This document shows positions 18,161 through 27,809 of a stretch of DNA of 58,004 bases, piece by piece; positions within the stretch are counted from its first letter, which is position 1; every line of letters starts with the position of its first letter. Source of the DNA: Nanobdellota archaeon. GTDB lineage: Archaea; Nanobdellota; Nanobdellia; SCGC-AAA011-G17; JAGVZF01. The notes under the pieces are model-generated. The model searched no databases. It was not told the DNA's origin and saw nothing but the letters and a program-made list of their open reading frames with translations. The stretch covers positions 1-58,004 of the forward strand of contig JBBSWI010000003.1 in NCBI GenBank assembly GCA_038046405.1, written 5' to 3'. The position numbers were made by a program, and so were the translations under genes.

Positions 18161-19804
18161 ATGGCACAACAAGGAAGCAATCAACCTATATTCATTCTAG
18201 CTGATAATGTACAAAGAACCATGGGCAGAGATGCCCAAAGAAATAACATTATGGCAGCTAAGTTAGTTGCAGAAACTGTACGAACAACTTTAGGGCCTAA
18301 GGGCATGGACAAGATGCTAGTGGATTCTTTAGGCGATATCGTGGTTACGAATGACGGCGTTACTATACTCCAGGAAATGCAAATAGAGCATCCTGCAGCC
18401 AAGATGATTGTTGAAGTAGCAAAAACCCAGGAAAATGAAGTTGGAGATGGAACTACTACTGCCGTTATACTTGCAGGAGAATTATTAAAGAATGCAGAGC
18501 GTTTACTTGATCAAGAAATACATCCTACTGTCATAGCTAAGGGCTATAGGATAGCAGAAAAAAAAGCCCAGGAAATCCTTAATAAAATCGCGGTAGACAT
18601 TTCTGAAAAAGACACTGAAATTTTAAGAAAGGTTGCAATGACTGCCATAACAGGAAAAGGAGCAGAGTCAAACAAGGAAAGGCTTGCTGATCTTGCTGTT
18701 AGGTCTATTAAGCAAGTAATGGGCAATGAAAATGGAAAAGTAATAATTGAGATGGACACAATAAAAATAGAAAAAAAAGTGGGCGGTGGAGTAGAGGATT
18801 CTGAATTAATACAGGGAATAGTTCTAGACAAGGAAAGAGTTCATTCTGGAATGCCAAGAAGTGTTAAAAATGCGAGAATAGCATTACTCGATATAGCCCT
18901 GGAAATTAAAGATACAGAAACAGACGCCAAAATCGAGGTTAATGATCCTATGAAATTGCAGGCATTTATCGACCATGAGGAAAAAATGCTTAGAAATATG
19001 GCTGACAAGGTAATAAAATCTGGAGCTAATGTTGTTATTACACAAAAAGGCATTGATGATGTTGTGCAGCATTATTTAAGCAAGGCTGGAATTTATGCTG
19101 CCAGAAGAGTAAAGAAAAGCGACATGGACAATTTGGCAAAAGCAACGGGCGGAAATGTAATCAGCAACTTAAATGATATAACACAAGATGATTTAGGAAA
19201 GGCTGGATTGGTAGAAGAGATTAAACTTGGGGATGAGGCAATGACTTTTGTCAGGGAATGCAAGAATGCGAAATCTGTTACAATACTAATAAGGGGCGGC
19301 ACCAGTCATGTTGTTGACGAGGTTGAAAGGGCATTGAAGGATGCTCTAGGGGATGTTGCTGCTTCATTAAAAATTGGCAAGGTTGTTGCTGGCGGGGGAG
19401 CTCCTGAAATGGAAGTAAGCAAGGCCTTAAGGCAATATGCAAATAAAATGTCCGGCCGTGAACAACTAGCTGTTCTGGCTTTCGCGGATTCTTTTGAGAT
19501 TATCCCTAGAACTCTAGCAGAAAATGCAGGCCTGGATCCAATAGACATGCTCACTGAACTTAAAGTCCAGCATGACAGAGGCAATAAATGGGCTGGTTTG
19601 GATGTATTTAAGGGAAAAGTAACAGACACATGGAAGATGGGCGTAATCGAGCCCTTGAAGATCAAAACACAAGCCACAAAAAGCGCGACAGAAGTTTCTG
19701 AATTGATATTAAGGATAGATGACGTAATAGCGGCAAGCAACTTAAGCAAAGGCGGTGCTCCGGCAATGCCTTCTGGAATGGGCGGAATGCCTCCTGAATA
19801 TTGA
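18161..19804 (+). CDS. ths: Thermosome subunit (group II chaperonin)
   Basis: [36 protein letters not shown] and a GGM tail. ATG at 18161 preferred over GTG at 18146. Confidence 0.98.
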   Translation: MAQQGSNQPIFILADNVQRTMGRDAQRNNIMAAKLVAETVRTTLGPKGMDKMLVDSLGDIVVTNDGVTILQEMQIEHPAAKMIVEVAKTQENEVGDGTTTAVILAGELLKNAERLLDQEIHPTVIAKGYRIAEKKAQEILNKIAVDISEKDTEILRKVAMTAITGKGAESNKERLADLAVRSIKQVMGNENGKVIIEMDTIKIEKKVGGGVEDSELIQGIVLDKERVHSGMPRSVKNARIALLDIALEIKDTETDAKIEVNDPMKLQAFIDHEEKMLRNMADKVIKSGANVVITQKGIDDVVQHYLSKAGIYAARRVKKSDMDNLAKATGGNVISNLNDITQDDLGKAGLVEEIKLGDEAMTFVRECKNAKSVTILIRGGTSHVVDEVERALKDALGDVAASLKIGKVVAGGGAPEMEVSKALRQYANKMSGREQLAVLAFADSFEIIPRTLAENAGLDPIDMLTELKVQHDRGNKWAGLDVFKGKVTDTWKMGVIEPLKIKTQATKSATEVSELILRIDDVIAASNLSKGGAPAMPSGMGGMPPEY

Positions 19805-19855
19805 TTTTACAGTTTTTAGTAACATTTAAATTTTTATTCTTCTTAATTTTTATTT

Positions 19856-21949
19856 ATGAAAATAAAAAGAAAAGCGAGAGATTTAGTTTCTATAGTCCTG
19901 GCTACTTCTTTAAGCTTGGGTGCTATTAGTTGCGGGAAAAAAAGCAAGCCCCCCACTACACCAGCTCCAATACAAGAAATAATAGAGGTTACTACTACAA
20001 TAAAAGCTGCTGAAGGTGATACTATAACAACAACAGACATAGACGGAAAGACCTACAAAGTGATGATTCCTGCCAACTCCTTAAGCCAAGATGCTAAGGT
20101 TACATTAAAAAAATCCGATATAGACTTCAATATTTTCAATTTTAATTCTTCTTCTAGGCCATTAGAAATAAATTTGGGCAGTGCTAGGCTCGTTGATAGT
20201 GCATATGTTATATTGCCAATAAATGGAGATACATTGGTAGCTATATCAAACACAAACGGCTATTTTAGATATGAAAATCTTGCTGATCTTGGAAGTGGTC
20301 ATGTAAAAATACCTTTATTGAGAAATTCTACAGCCTTATCAACGAACGCTACAGCACAAATAAATGATATCACAACATGGGTCGGTGATTTGCCTTCTCA
20401 ACAACCAAAACTCAATAGAAACAATGCAGACTTTTCTAATCCTAACAGACCGGTAGTTTTATTGATTCATGGCCTAGGACAGAAAGCTTCAGATTTATCC
20501 AGCTTAGAAGATAGAATAAGACAAACTTTTCCTGTGGCGACATTTGAATATCCGACTACTGATTCACCGTATAGAAATGCCCTGAAATTAAAGGAAGAAC
20601 TAGGCAAAGTTGGCATCATAAATTCTCCACTCTACCTTGTCGGGTACAGTATGGGAAGCCTTGTGGCAAGGGACTTTATTGTATATAATGATTCCAATAA
20701 CAATGTTAAAAAGTTTTGTTCAGTGGCCGGCCCAAATAATGGATTCCAAACTTTAGGCGCTGTTAAAAGTTTATTGGATTATTTATTAAATTTATATCAG
20801 TATATCATTCCTATACAAAAGGGAGACGGTATTGCTTCTCTAGTTCAGGGAAGTGCAGAATTAAATGGAATTAATAGAACTAGGGGCCCTTTTAATGTCG
20901 ATTACTTTTTTATCGGGGGGATTTGCAATTGCGCGTTATCACAAAACATGGATCTCACAAATATTTTGCCAGTACCTCATGATGGGGCCGTCTATTTTAA
21001 CAGCTTAGACATGAATCAGTTTTCACCGCATGAATTAGCAAGATTAAACCAGGCTGCGAGATTAAATTTAAACCACCTACAATTGGCTCAAAACACTTCT
21101 GTTGCTGACTTAGTGGTCCAGTACTTTACAACACCAACATTAGAAGACAAGGTTTTAATTACCTCAACCATGGATGGAAATGATGAAATCTATGAGACTA
21201 ATCTAAATTTTTCCAATTTTTTAAGACGAACAAACAGCCCAAATCAAGACTGGCAAGTTTCTGTTAGCAAGGATAAATCTAAAGTAGCTTATAATTCTAG
21301 CTATAACCTATATGTTGCAAATATAGATTTTACAAATCCTAGGCCTTTAACAGCTAATACACATACTCCACAGTGGCATCCAAACAACAACACGATTGTA
21401 TTTGTTAGAATAGAAAATAGCATCAGCGATTTATATAAAATAAATTCCGACGGCTCTGGACTCATAAGGTTGACCAACGACTCTCACCAAGATGTTGATC
21501 CTTCATTTAGCAGCGATGGGAACAAGATAATTTTTGCATCTGACAGAGATGGCCCATATGGAGCAATGAGAGTTTATACGATGGACACTAATGGCAATAA
21601 CATTAGTTTATTACAACCCGGATATAGCTTCGGAACTCCTAGATATAGCCCAGATGGTTCAAAAATAGTCTACACATTTTTAGAACCCGGGCCAAGGCTA
21701 ACATTATGGACAAGCAACAGCAATGGTGCCAATCTACAAAGACTAACTAGCAGCACATACGACTCTGATTCGCCCGTCTGGAGCCCTGACGGAGATAAAA
21801 TCATGTTTTTATCTAACAAAGACAATCCAGGATCGGTATCTCCGATTATATTCATGCCCGATATTTACATCATTAATTCCGACGGGAGTAATTTGATTAG
21901 GAAAACAACCGATCATAGAGGATATAAATCACCTTTCTGGTACAGATAA
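19856..21949 (+). CDS. Secreted lipoprotein: alpha/beta hydrolase (lipase/PGAP1-like) fused to a TolB-like PD40 beta-propeller
   Basis: Lipobox GAISC; LLIHGL; nucleophile elbow GYSMG; PHDGAV and NHLQL catalytic Asp/His regions; repeats PSFSSDGNKIIFAS, RYSPDGSKIVY, VWSPDGDKIMF. Confidence 0.85.
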   Translation: MKIKRKARDLVSIVLATSLSLGAISCGKKSKPPTTPAPIQEIIEVTTTIKAAEGDTITTTDIDGKTYKVMIPANSLSQDAKVTLKKSDIDFNIFNFNSSSRPLEINLGSARLVDSAYVILPINGDTLVAISNTNGYFRYENLADLGSGHVKIPLLRNSTALSTNATAQINDITTWVGDLPSQQPKLNRNNADFSNPNRPVVLLIHGLGQKASDLSSLEDRIRQTFPVATFEYPTTDSPYRNALKLKEELGKVGIINSPLYLVGYSMGSLVARDFIVYNDSNNNVKKFCSVAGPNNGFQTLGAVKSLLDYLLNLYQYIIPIQKGDGIASLVQGSAELNGINRTRGPFNVDYFFIGGICNCALSQNMDLTNILPVPHDGAVYFNSLDMNQFSPHELARLNQAARLNLNHLQLAQNTSVADLVVQYFTTPTLEDKVLITSTMDGNDEIYETNLNFSNFLRRTNSPNQDWQVSVSKDKSKVAYNSSYNLYVANIDFTNPRPLTANTHTPQWHPNNNTIVFVRIENSISDLYKINSDGSGLIRLTNDSHQDVDPSFSSDGNKIIFASDRDGPYGAMRVYTMDTNGNNISLLQPGYSFGTPRYSPDGSKIVYTFLEPGPRLTLWTSNSNGANLQRLTSSTYDSDSPVWSPDGDKIMFLSNKDNPGSVSPIIFMPDIYIINSDGSNLIRKTTDHRGYKSPFWYR

Positions 21950-21979
21950 ATTTAAATAACAAAATTATTTCATAATCTT

Positions 21980-22759
21980 ATGGATGAAAATCTGAGCACT
22001 AGCCAGATGCTATTAAAAGCAACCAATTTGATTAACGATGCAAATTTTGAGGATGCATTGAAATATTATTATTATCTAGAAAGAGATGCAGCCAAAGATC
22101 TGATTGACAAGAGCTTAACCGAAACTTATGAATTATACAAAAACTGTATAATATTGTACTTAGTGATGGAAGAATGCCTCATATTGGCAAGAAAAAATGA
22201 ATTGGAGAAATTAAAGGAAAAGCTTGACTTTTTGTATTACGAGAAAAGTTCATTATTGCCGAGAATAAGCTCTGAAAAGCTAGCGAGCTTCATTGAAAGA
22301 AACTATCACTATTTAGTCGGTTATTACATGTACAATTTCTACAAGACCAAATTCCTGAGGGAATATGAGAACATTTACTATTTCATGCATGCTGGCTGGA
22401 CTGAAAAGGCCACAAACCACTATAATAACCATCTCTTAAGATATTATACCCATCTTGCTAAATACGGCGATTTTAGGGTTAGGAATATCTTATACAATGC
22501 AGTTATAAACTTGAACAGGGAAATAAAACTTAATTCTCTAAAACAACAGGCATATTCTGAAATTGCCATGTATAATTTTGCAAGAATAAAGAAGGAAAAG
22601 ACAAGAGAAAAGGTTGAAAGAACCCCAAGAAACATCAAGACAACAGAAACAATAAGGTTTGAGAAAAAACCGTTCAAGAGATTGCATGAATTAATACGAG
22701 AAAATAAAGCCGATGATGCCTTGAATTTGTATAACGAGCTGCTGCAGCAAAACATTTAA
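21980..22759 (+). CDS. Hypothetical helical protein
   Basis: 259-aa ORF collinear with its neighbours; no motif recognised. Confidence 0.65.
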   Translation: MDENLSTSQMLLKATNLINDANFEDALKYYYYLERDAAKDLIDKSLTETYELYKNCIILYLVMEECLILARKNELEKLKEKLDFLYYEKSSLLPRISSEKLASFIERNYHYLVGYYMYNFYKTKFLREYENIYYFMHAGWTEKATNHYNNHLLRYYTHLAKYGDFRVRNILYNAVINLNREIKLNSLKQQAYSEIAMYNFARIKKEKTREKVERTPRNIKTTETIRFEKKPFKRLHELIRENKADDALNLYNELLQQNI

Positions 22760-22783
22760 AAGCGCTTTCCATAGCTAATTTTT

Positions 22784-24058
22784 ATGTTTAAATTTCTAAA
22801 GGAAAAGCTGAAGGGTGTAATAGAGAAGATTTCCAAAAAAGTAGAGGAAGAAGCGCCCATAAAGGAAGTTGAAGTAGAAGAGCCTATTTCTCAAGAAGCT
22901 TTTGAAACTAAAGAAGAAGCAAAGGAAAAACCAGGAAAAAAAGAAAAGAAGAAAAAGAAAGAGAAGAAAAAAGAAGAAATAATGGCTGAAGAGCCGGCAA
23001 AAGAAGAGCCTGAATCAGAAACAAAAGAAGAAGTTAAGGCTGTAGAAGAAAAATCTCTTTCAGAACAAGAAGAGAAGCATGGATTTTTCGATTTTCTAAA
23101 AAGGAAAAAGGAAGATAAAGAAGAATTAAAAGAACAAGTTAAGGAAGAAGAAATAAAGATAGAATCGAAAGAAGAGAAGAAAGGCCTTTTCCAGACAATA
23201 AAGGAAAAAGTAACTACAAAGATAATCAGCGAAAAGCAATTTGATGATATTTTCTGGGACTTGGAAATAACATTGCTGGAAAATAATGTTGCACTTGAAG
23301 TCATAGAAAAGATAAAAAATGACCTAAAAAATGATCTGACAAGCAGGCCAATAAAAAGAGATAGAGTTGAAGATGAAATTAAAAACAGCTTGAAGAACAG
23401 TATTGAGAATCTTTTTTACATAGAACCCATAGACATAATAAAAAGAATAGAGGAAAAAAAAGAGAAACCGTTTGTTATAGTCTTCTTTGGGGTTAATGGC
23501 GGAGGAAAGACAACAACAATCGCAAAGCTCGCATATATTCTCAAGAAAATAGGCTTATCTTCTGTTATTTCAGCTTCAGATACTTTCAGAGCTGCCGCAA
23601 TCCAACAACTTGAGGAGCATGCAAGCAAAATAGGGATAAGAATCATTAAGCATGACTATGGCAGCGATCCTGCAGCTGTTGCTTTTGATGCTATAAAGCA
23701 TGCCCAATCTAAATCGATAGATGTTGTTCTAATAGACACAGCAGGAAGACTTCACTCGAACGTAAATTTAATAGATGAAATGAAAAAGATAGTTAGGGTT
23801 GCTAATCCTGACTTGAAAATTTTTGTGGGCGAGTCAATTACTGGAAATGATGCAGTGGAGCAGGCAAAGAGATTTAACGAATCTGTAGGGATAGATGGAA
23901 TTATCTTAACCAAGGCAGATGTTGACGAGAAAGGTGGAGCAATTATTTCTGTCAGCTATGTTACGCATAAACCAATTATTTATTTGGGGAATGGGCAGAA
24001 TTATGATAACCTAGAAAAATTCGATAAATATAAATTAATAACCAATTTAGGTTTATAA
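22784..24058 (+). CDS. ftsY: SRP receptor FtsY
   Basis: GVNGGGKTTTIAK, DTFRAAA, DTAGR, TKAD; long E/K-rich N-terminus. Confidence 0.97.
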   Translation: MFKFLKEKLKGVIEKISKKVEEEAPIKEVEVEEPISQEAFETKEEAKEKPGKKEKKKKKEKKKEEIMAEEPAKEEPESETKEEVKAVEEKSLSEQEEKHGFFDFLKRKKEDKEELKEQVKEEEIKIESKEEKKGLFQTIKEKVTTKIISEKQFDDIFWDLEITLLENNVALEVIEKIKNDLKNDLTSRPIKRDRVEDEIKNSLKNSIENLFYIEPIDIIKRIEEKKEKPFVIVFFGVNGGGKTTTIAKLAYILKKIGLSSVISASDTFRAAAIQQLEEHASKIGIRIIKHDYGSDPAAVAFDAIKHAQSKSIDVVLIDTAGRLHSNVNLIDEMKKIVRVANPDLKIFVGESITGNDAVEQAKRFNESVGIDGIILTKADVDEKGGAIISVSYVTHKPIIYLGNGQNYDNLEKFDKYKLITNLGL

Positions 24059-24059
24059 T

Positions 24060-24338
24060 ATGGAATTAGCGGTTAATCGCTCAAAAAACCTGAAACTTGT
24101 GGAATTGATAAGAGAGCATGAAAGGATTGAGCTAGACACAGACGAACCAACAATAGTGGATTGCTTTATTAGTTATATAAAATATCCGGATTCTTATCAA
24201 ACCACCGGCCACTTCATATATGATGTCTTGGAAGACAGATTTTTATGTAGGGCCCTAAAAATAAATTATAATAACCCTGGTTTAATTGACTTGTTCAAAG
24301 CATATGAATACTTCAATTACCTGAAAGGTTTATACTAG
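24060..24338 (+). CDS. Hypothetical protein
   Basis: 92-aa ORF starting 1 nt after the ftsY stop. Confidence 0.55.
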   Translation: MELAVNRSKNLKLVELIREHERIELDTDEPTIVDCFISYIKYPDSYQTTGHFIYDVLEDRFLCRALKINYNNPGLIDLFKAYEYFNYLKGLY

Positions 24339-24451
24339 GTTATCACTCTAAAATATATATTATAGAACAACAAATAAATTTAAAAACACTTCTAGCGGTA
24401 CATTTTCTACATATTTGAAAAATTATTGTAGAAAAAGTGGAGGGATTTTAA

Positions 24452-24598
24452 ATGGTAGAAGGCAGATGTATGCGTTGTAAAGAACAGAGACAAATGAAAA
24501 ATGAAAAAGAAGTGGTAATGAAGAATGGCATGAAAGCTATGTCTGGAGTTTGCACAAACTGCGGGACAAAGATGTTTAAGATAATAGGAAAGAAATAA
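24452..24598 (+). CDS. Small zinc-ribbon protein (DUF5679-like)
   Basis: Read manually: MVEGRCMRCKEQRQMKNEKEVVMKNGMKAMSGVCTNCGTKMFKIIGKK; GGAGGG SD upstream; two CxxC pairs. Confidence 0.85.
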   Translation: MVEGRCMRCKEQRQMKNEKEVVMKNGMKAMSGVCTNCGTKMFKIIGKK

Positions 24599-24608
24599 AT
24601 TCTTTCCT

Positions 24609-25583
24609 TCAGTTTACTATTTCCGATGCAGCCTTCCTAAGGCGATTCATTATTGCTGTTCCAATATTTTTTTCTTCTACAGACTCTATTATTATCAAAT
24701 CGAAATTTCTTGAATCATACTCGTGAAATTTATCGAAAATATTATGCGCCATAATTTCGAGATTCTTGCAGTAAAAAGACTCTATATTTTTAGGAATCTT
24801 GATCTTTGAAGTATGAATGACTGCAATCTTATCATTAGCATGCCTTTTGATCAACATAGGTATCTTCTTAGGATTGGACAATATCACTTTGGATTCTGGA
24901 GAATAATGCCGATACTTCATGCCCGGAGATTTGACTTTTGATTTGGGATTAGCCATTCTGATATTGGGAATTATCATCCTTAGTTCTTCCAAAGATATCT
25001 TGCCGGGCCTCAATACTGTAGGAATTTTAGAAGCTAAGTCCAGCACTGTAGACTCTAAGCCTATGTCTGTTGGCCCACCATCAATTATTAGGTCTACCTT
25101 TTTATCGAGATATTTTATTACGTGGAGAGCCTTTGTTGGACTCGGTTTTCCTGAAAGATTCGCGCTTGGAGCTGCTATGGGCACTTTAGATTCCCTAATC
25201 AATGAAAGAGCAATTTTATTATTTGGAATTCTAACTGCTACTGTATCCAGCCCGGCGGTTACATTTTCTGGAACTATCGAAGATTTTTTTAGGACTAAAG
25301 TCAATGGGCCAGGCCAATACCTAGATGCCAGCTTATATGCTATTCCTGGAACATCTACGCATAATTTAGATATCCAATCTATCTTATCAATGTGAACTAT
25401 CAATGGATTGTCTGATGGGCGGCCCTTGGCCTTGAATATCCTGTTAACTGCTTTTGGATCTAGAGCATTTGCCCCAATGCCATAAACAGTCTCTGTAGGA
25501 AAAACAACTAAACCCCCTGATTTAATTATTTGAGAGGCCTCTTTTATGCCATAAATATTTCCAGGCTTTATTACTTTAGCCAT
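24609..25583 (-). CDS. sua5: Threonylcarbamoyl-AMP synthase Sua5
   Basis: FPTETVYGIG, KGRPSDNPLIVH, PSANLSG, SPGMKYRHYSP, AIMNRLRKAA. Confidence 0.97.
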   Translation of the reverse strand: MAKVIKPGNIYGIKEASQIIKSGGLVVFPTETVYGIGANALDPKAVNRIFKAKGRPSDNPLIVHIDKIDWISKLCVDVPGIAYKLASRYWPGPLTLVLKKSSIVPENVTAGLDTVAVRIPNNKIALSLIRESKVPIAAPSANLSGKPSPTKALHVIKYLDKKVDLIIDGGPTDIGLESTVLDLASKIPTVLRPGKISLEELRMIIPNIRMANPKSKVKSPGMKYRHYSPESKVILSNPKKIPMLIKRHANDKIAVIHTSKIKIPKNIESFYCKNLEIMAHNIFDKFHEYDSRNFDLIIIESVEEKNIGTAIMNRLRKAASEIVN

Positions 25584-25632
25584 AACTATGGATAAAGATA
25601 AAGTTTTATAAAAATTTGGATATTTCTAAAGA

Positions 25633-26469
25633 CTATACATCATATAAGCCAAATGATTTCTCGGATTCTATTATGTGTTTGTACATATCTTCATTAAAAT
25701 CTAATTCGTTCTGAACAGCTAATGAAGTCAACATTAATAAATCAAAAATGTCTTTAGATGCTGTATATTCTCTTATCTTTGGTATGAATACATCTAATCC
25801 ATGATCAAAATAGGCAGGCAGCATTTCTTTTTGTTTTTTAAGGTCACTTGTCCATGTGTTTATATCTATTCCGGACAAAGAAATCCAATCCATCTTTGAA
25901 AGTTTCCTGTATATTTTTTCTAATTCTCTTGGAATATGCCCTTCTTTTTCTATTATTCTTAGTCTATGCATTTTATGATAAAAAATTTCCTCTGGTATTT
26001 GAACTCTTACAGTCTTTTCTGAATTTGGTATTCTAAACTCTAAAGAGCTTGATACTTGTCTTTCTAAGCTTCCCTTTAATCTCCCATATCTTTTTCTCGA
26101 AAGATTGGGAAAATGTATCATAAAACCCCTATGACTGTCTTCTTCAAGCAAGATTTCATAAACTCTTTGTGCTTGCTTATGCTGAGGATTATAGCCGTTA
26201 AGTTGGGATTCTATCCTTGGAGCTAGAACATCTCTAAATGTGGGATATCCTACAAAAGAGTCCGTTAATATATCAAGATCAGCAGTAGGTCTTATAAGAT
26301 GAGGATAATTAGAATGGCAATAAAGTTGATTTGCAATACCGCCAATTAATAATAGTTTTGTTGGATTGTCAACTTCTTGACCTTCATTGGTTCTTTCATG
26401 AACTTGTGTAGCTATGGCCTCCAAAGATTTTATAACTACTTGCTCATCTAAAGTATATTTATCTGCCAT
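25633..26469 (-). CDS. Nucleotidyltransferase, AbiEii/MenT-like
   Basis: LLIGGIA...RPTADLDIL (GG...RxTxDxD), EEIFYHK, SKDIFDL. Confidence 0.7.
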   Translation of the reverse strand: MADKYTLDEQVVIKSLEAIATQVHERTNEGQEVDNPTKLLLIGGIANQLYCHSNYPHLIRPTADLDILTDSFVGYPTFRDVLAPRIESQLNGYNPQHKQAQRVYEILLEEDSHRGFMIHFPNLSRKRYGRLKGSLERQVSSSLEFRIPNSEKTVRVQIPEEIFYHKMHRLRIIEKEGHIPRELEKIYRKLSKMDWISLSGIDINTWTSDLKKQKEMLPAYFDHGLDVFIPKIREYTASKDIFDLLMLTSLAVQNELDFNEDMYKHIIESEKSFGLYDV

Positions 26470-26510
26470 AGCATAATAATAAGTTAAGCTATTTATAAAG
26501 CTTTCTACTT

Positions 26511-26532
26511 GTTACCTTTTTATGGTGGTTAC
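26511..26532. promoter_or_regulatory. GTWAC-N12-GTWAC operator-like site
   Basis: GTTAC CTTTTTATGGTG GTTAC, between divergent promoters and just upstream of the minus-strand BRE/TATA. Confidence 0.6.
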
Positions 26533-26573
26533 AAATCAAAAGATTTTTAAAGTTCAAGTACATCCATAAAAAT

Positions 26574-27215
26574 ATGGCTAGAGAAAAATATCTAGGCTCT
26601 TCTACAAATATTAGCCCGGAAAGAGCTTATACCCTGATTACAAGGGAATTAAGGAAAGAAAGGAACGAAAGGAACAAGATAAGATTGCCCACTATAAAAT
26701 TAGACATAACAACAAACGGGTTTAACTGTTATGTGGATCTGGGCTTTCATATAAATATTCATGAGTTTGGGAATTCTCTTGACAAGATTTATGGCATAGA
26801 AAGAGTAATGAGGCTTCCAGCACACCTTATAGGAAGAGAATATCTAGAAGGCGGAGGGATAACTAGAGCATATAAATTCAGGGATCTTGAAAAAAACATC
26901 CATCAGGTATGGACAACTTTCTATAAAAAAGACCGAGAAGACATTGTGAATATTTTCGTAAAGGCTCATGAAGAAGCGCATGTAGCATATGAACTTGGGG
27001 CAAAAAATGAAATTGTGCGAGAGTTAAAATCCATGTTCAGAAAATTGAGCTTTTTCCCATTGGAAGATGAAAGCGATGAACTTTTATCAACACTCTCTGG
27101 GTTTATGCCATTGATTGAAATGGGTGTAGAGCCAAGAAGACTTGTATCAAGCCTGAACAATTATGATAATACTATCGAAAGAGAATTGAAAAGATCGCTT
27201 GAACTTATAAGTTAA
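26574..27215 (+). CDS. Hypothetical protein with a HExxH zincin-like motif
   Basis: KAHEEAH followed by a downstream acidic DE. Confidence 0.6.
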   Translation: MAREKYLGSSTNISPERAYTLITRELRKERNERNKIRLPTIKLDITTNGFNCYVDLGFHINIHEFGNSLDKIYGIERVMRLPAHLIGREYLEGGGITRAYKFRDLEKNIHQVWTTFYKKDREDIVNIFVKAHEEAHVAYELGAKNEIVRELKSMFRKLSFFPLEDESDELLSTLSGFMPLIEMGVEPRRLVSSLNNYDNTIERELKRSLELIS

Positions 27216-27692
27216 TCACCCTCTGAAAAGAATATATCTGAGACTTGACGTTGCAAAATCAGATATCTTGATTCTATTCTTTTCCACAGCCTGCCAAAAG
27301 GTCCTTAATGTATTAATTGAGTATTCAACTGGATTAACTTTGTCCCTGTAATGACCTGATTCTGCTATTGCCTCTAATACTTCACCACTAACTAGGTCTG
27401 CCTGGCCTGCACCAATAACCGGGCCCCCTTTAGTAAGAGTTGGGTGGGGCATATAAAAAACTTCGGCTGGAAATACCTTAGCTAATCTAAGATTTAAATC
27501 ATCTCGCACTATGAACTGAGAGATTCCATTATATGGAACATTGTTATAGTCAACTATTGTTCTATCTTTAACATAGAGCTGTAATCCTTCAGGGACACCC
27601 CTAGAATAATCAATGCCTATTCTACGGTCCATCACAATAAATCTTGTGTCGGGAACATATTTTCTATGCTGTTTTTTTCTCATAGCTTGCAT
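27216..27692 (-). CDS. Hypothetical protein with an H...AG...SGHY toxin-like motif
   Basis: HPTLTKGGPVIGAGQADLVSGEVLEAIAESGHYR. Confidence 0.6.
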   Translation of the reverse strand: MQAMRKKQHRKYVPDTRFIVMDRRIGIDYSRGVPEGLQLYVKDRTIVDYNNVPYNGISQFIVRDDLNLRLAKVFPAEVFYMPHPTLTKGGPVIGAGQADLVSGEVLEAIAESGHYRDKVNPVEYSINTLRTFWQAVEKNRIKISDFATSSLRYILFRG

Positions 27693-27726
27693 AAAGCAAA
27701 AATCCTTTTATAAATATTTCTATTAT

Positions 27727-27748
27727 GTTACTTTTTTTAGGTGGTCAC
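27727..27748. promoter_or_regulatory. GTWAC-N12-GTWAC operator-like site
   Basis: GTTAC TTTTTTTAGGTG GTCAC, upstream of the minus-strand BRE/TATA. Confidence 0.55.
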
Positions 27749-27809
27749 ATATAAGCTTTATAAATCACCAATAAAAATACTTATATACAAATTAAATCGC
27801 TTATAAAAT

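Noticed and set aside
18181-19749. Multiple minus-strand ORFs opposite the thermosome (similarly opposite ftsY, srp54, sua5, elp3, sppA and trxB)
   Set aside because: Antisense shadows of well-conserved genes, with no motifs of their own.
22850-23200. Purine-rich GAA/AAA low-complexity tract
   Set aside because: Encodes the ordinary E/K-rich N-terminal region of FtsY; not a DNA repeat element.
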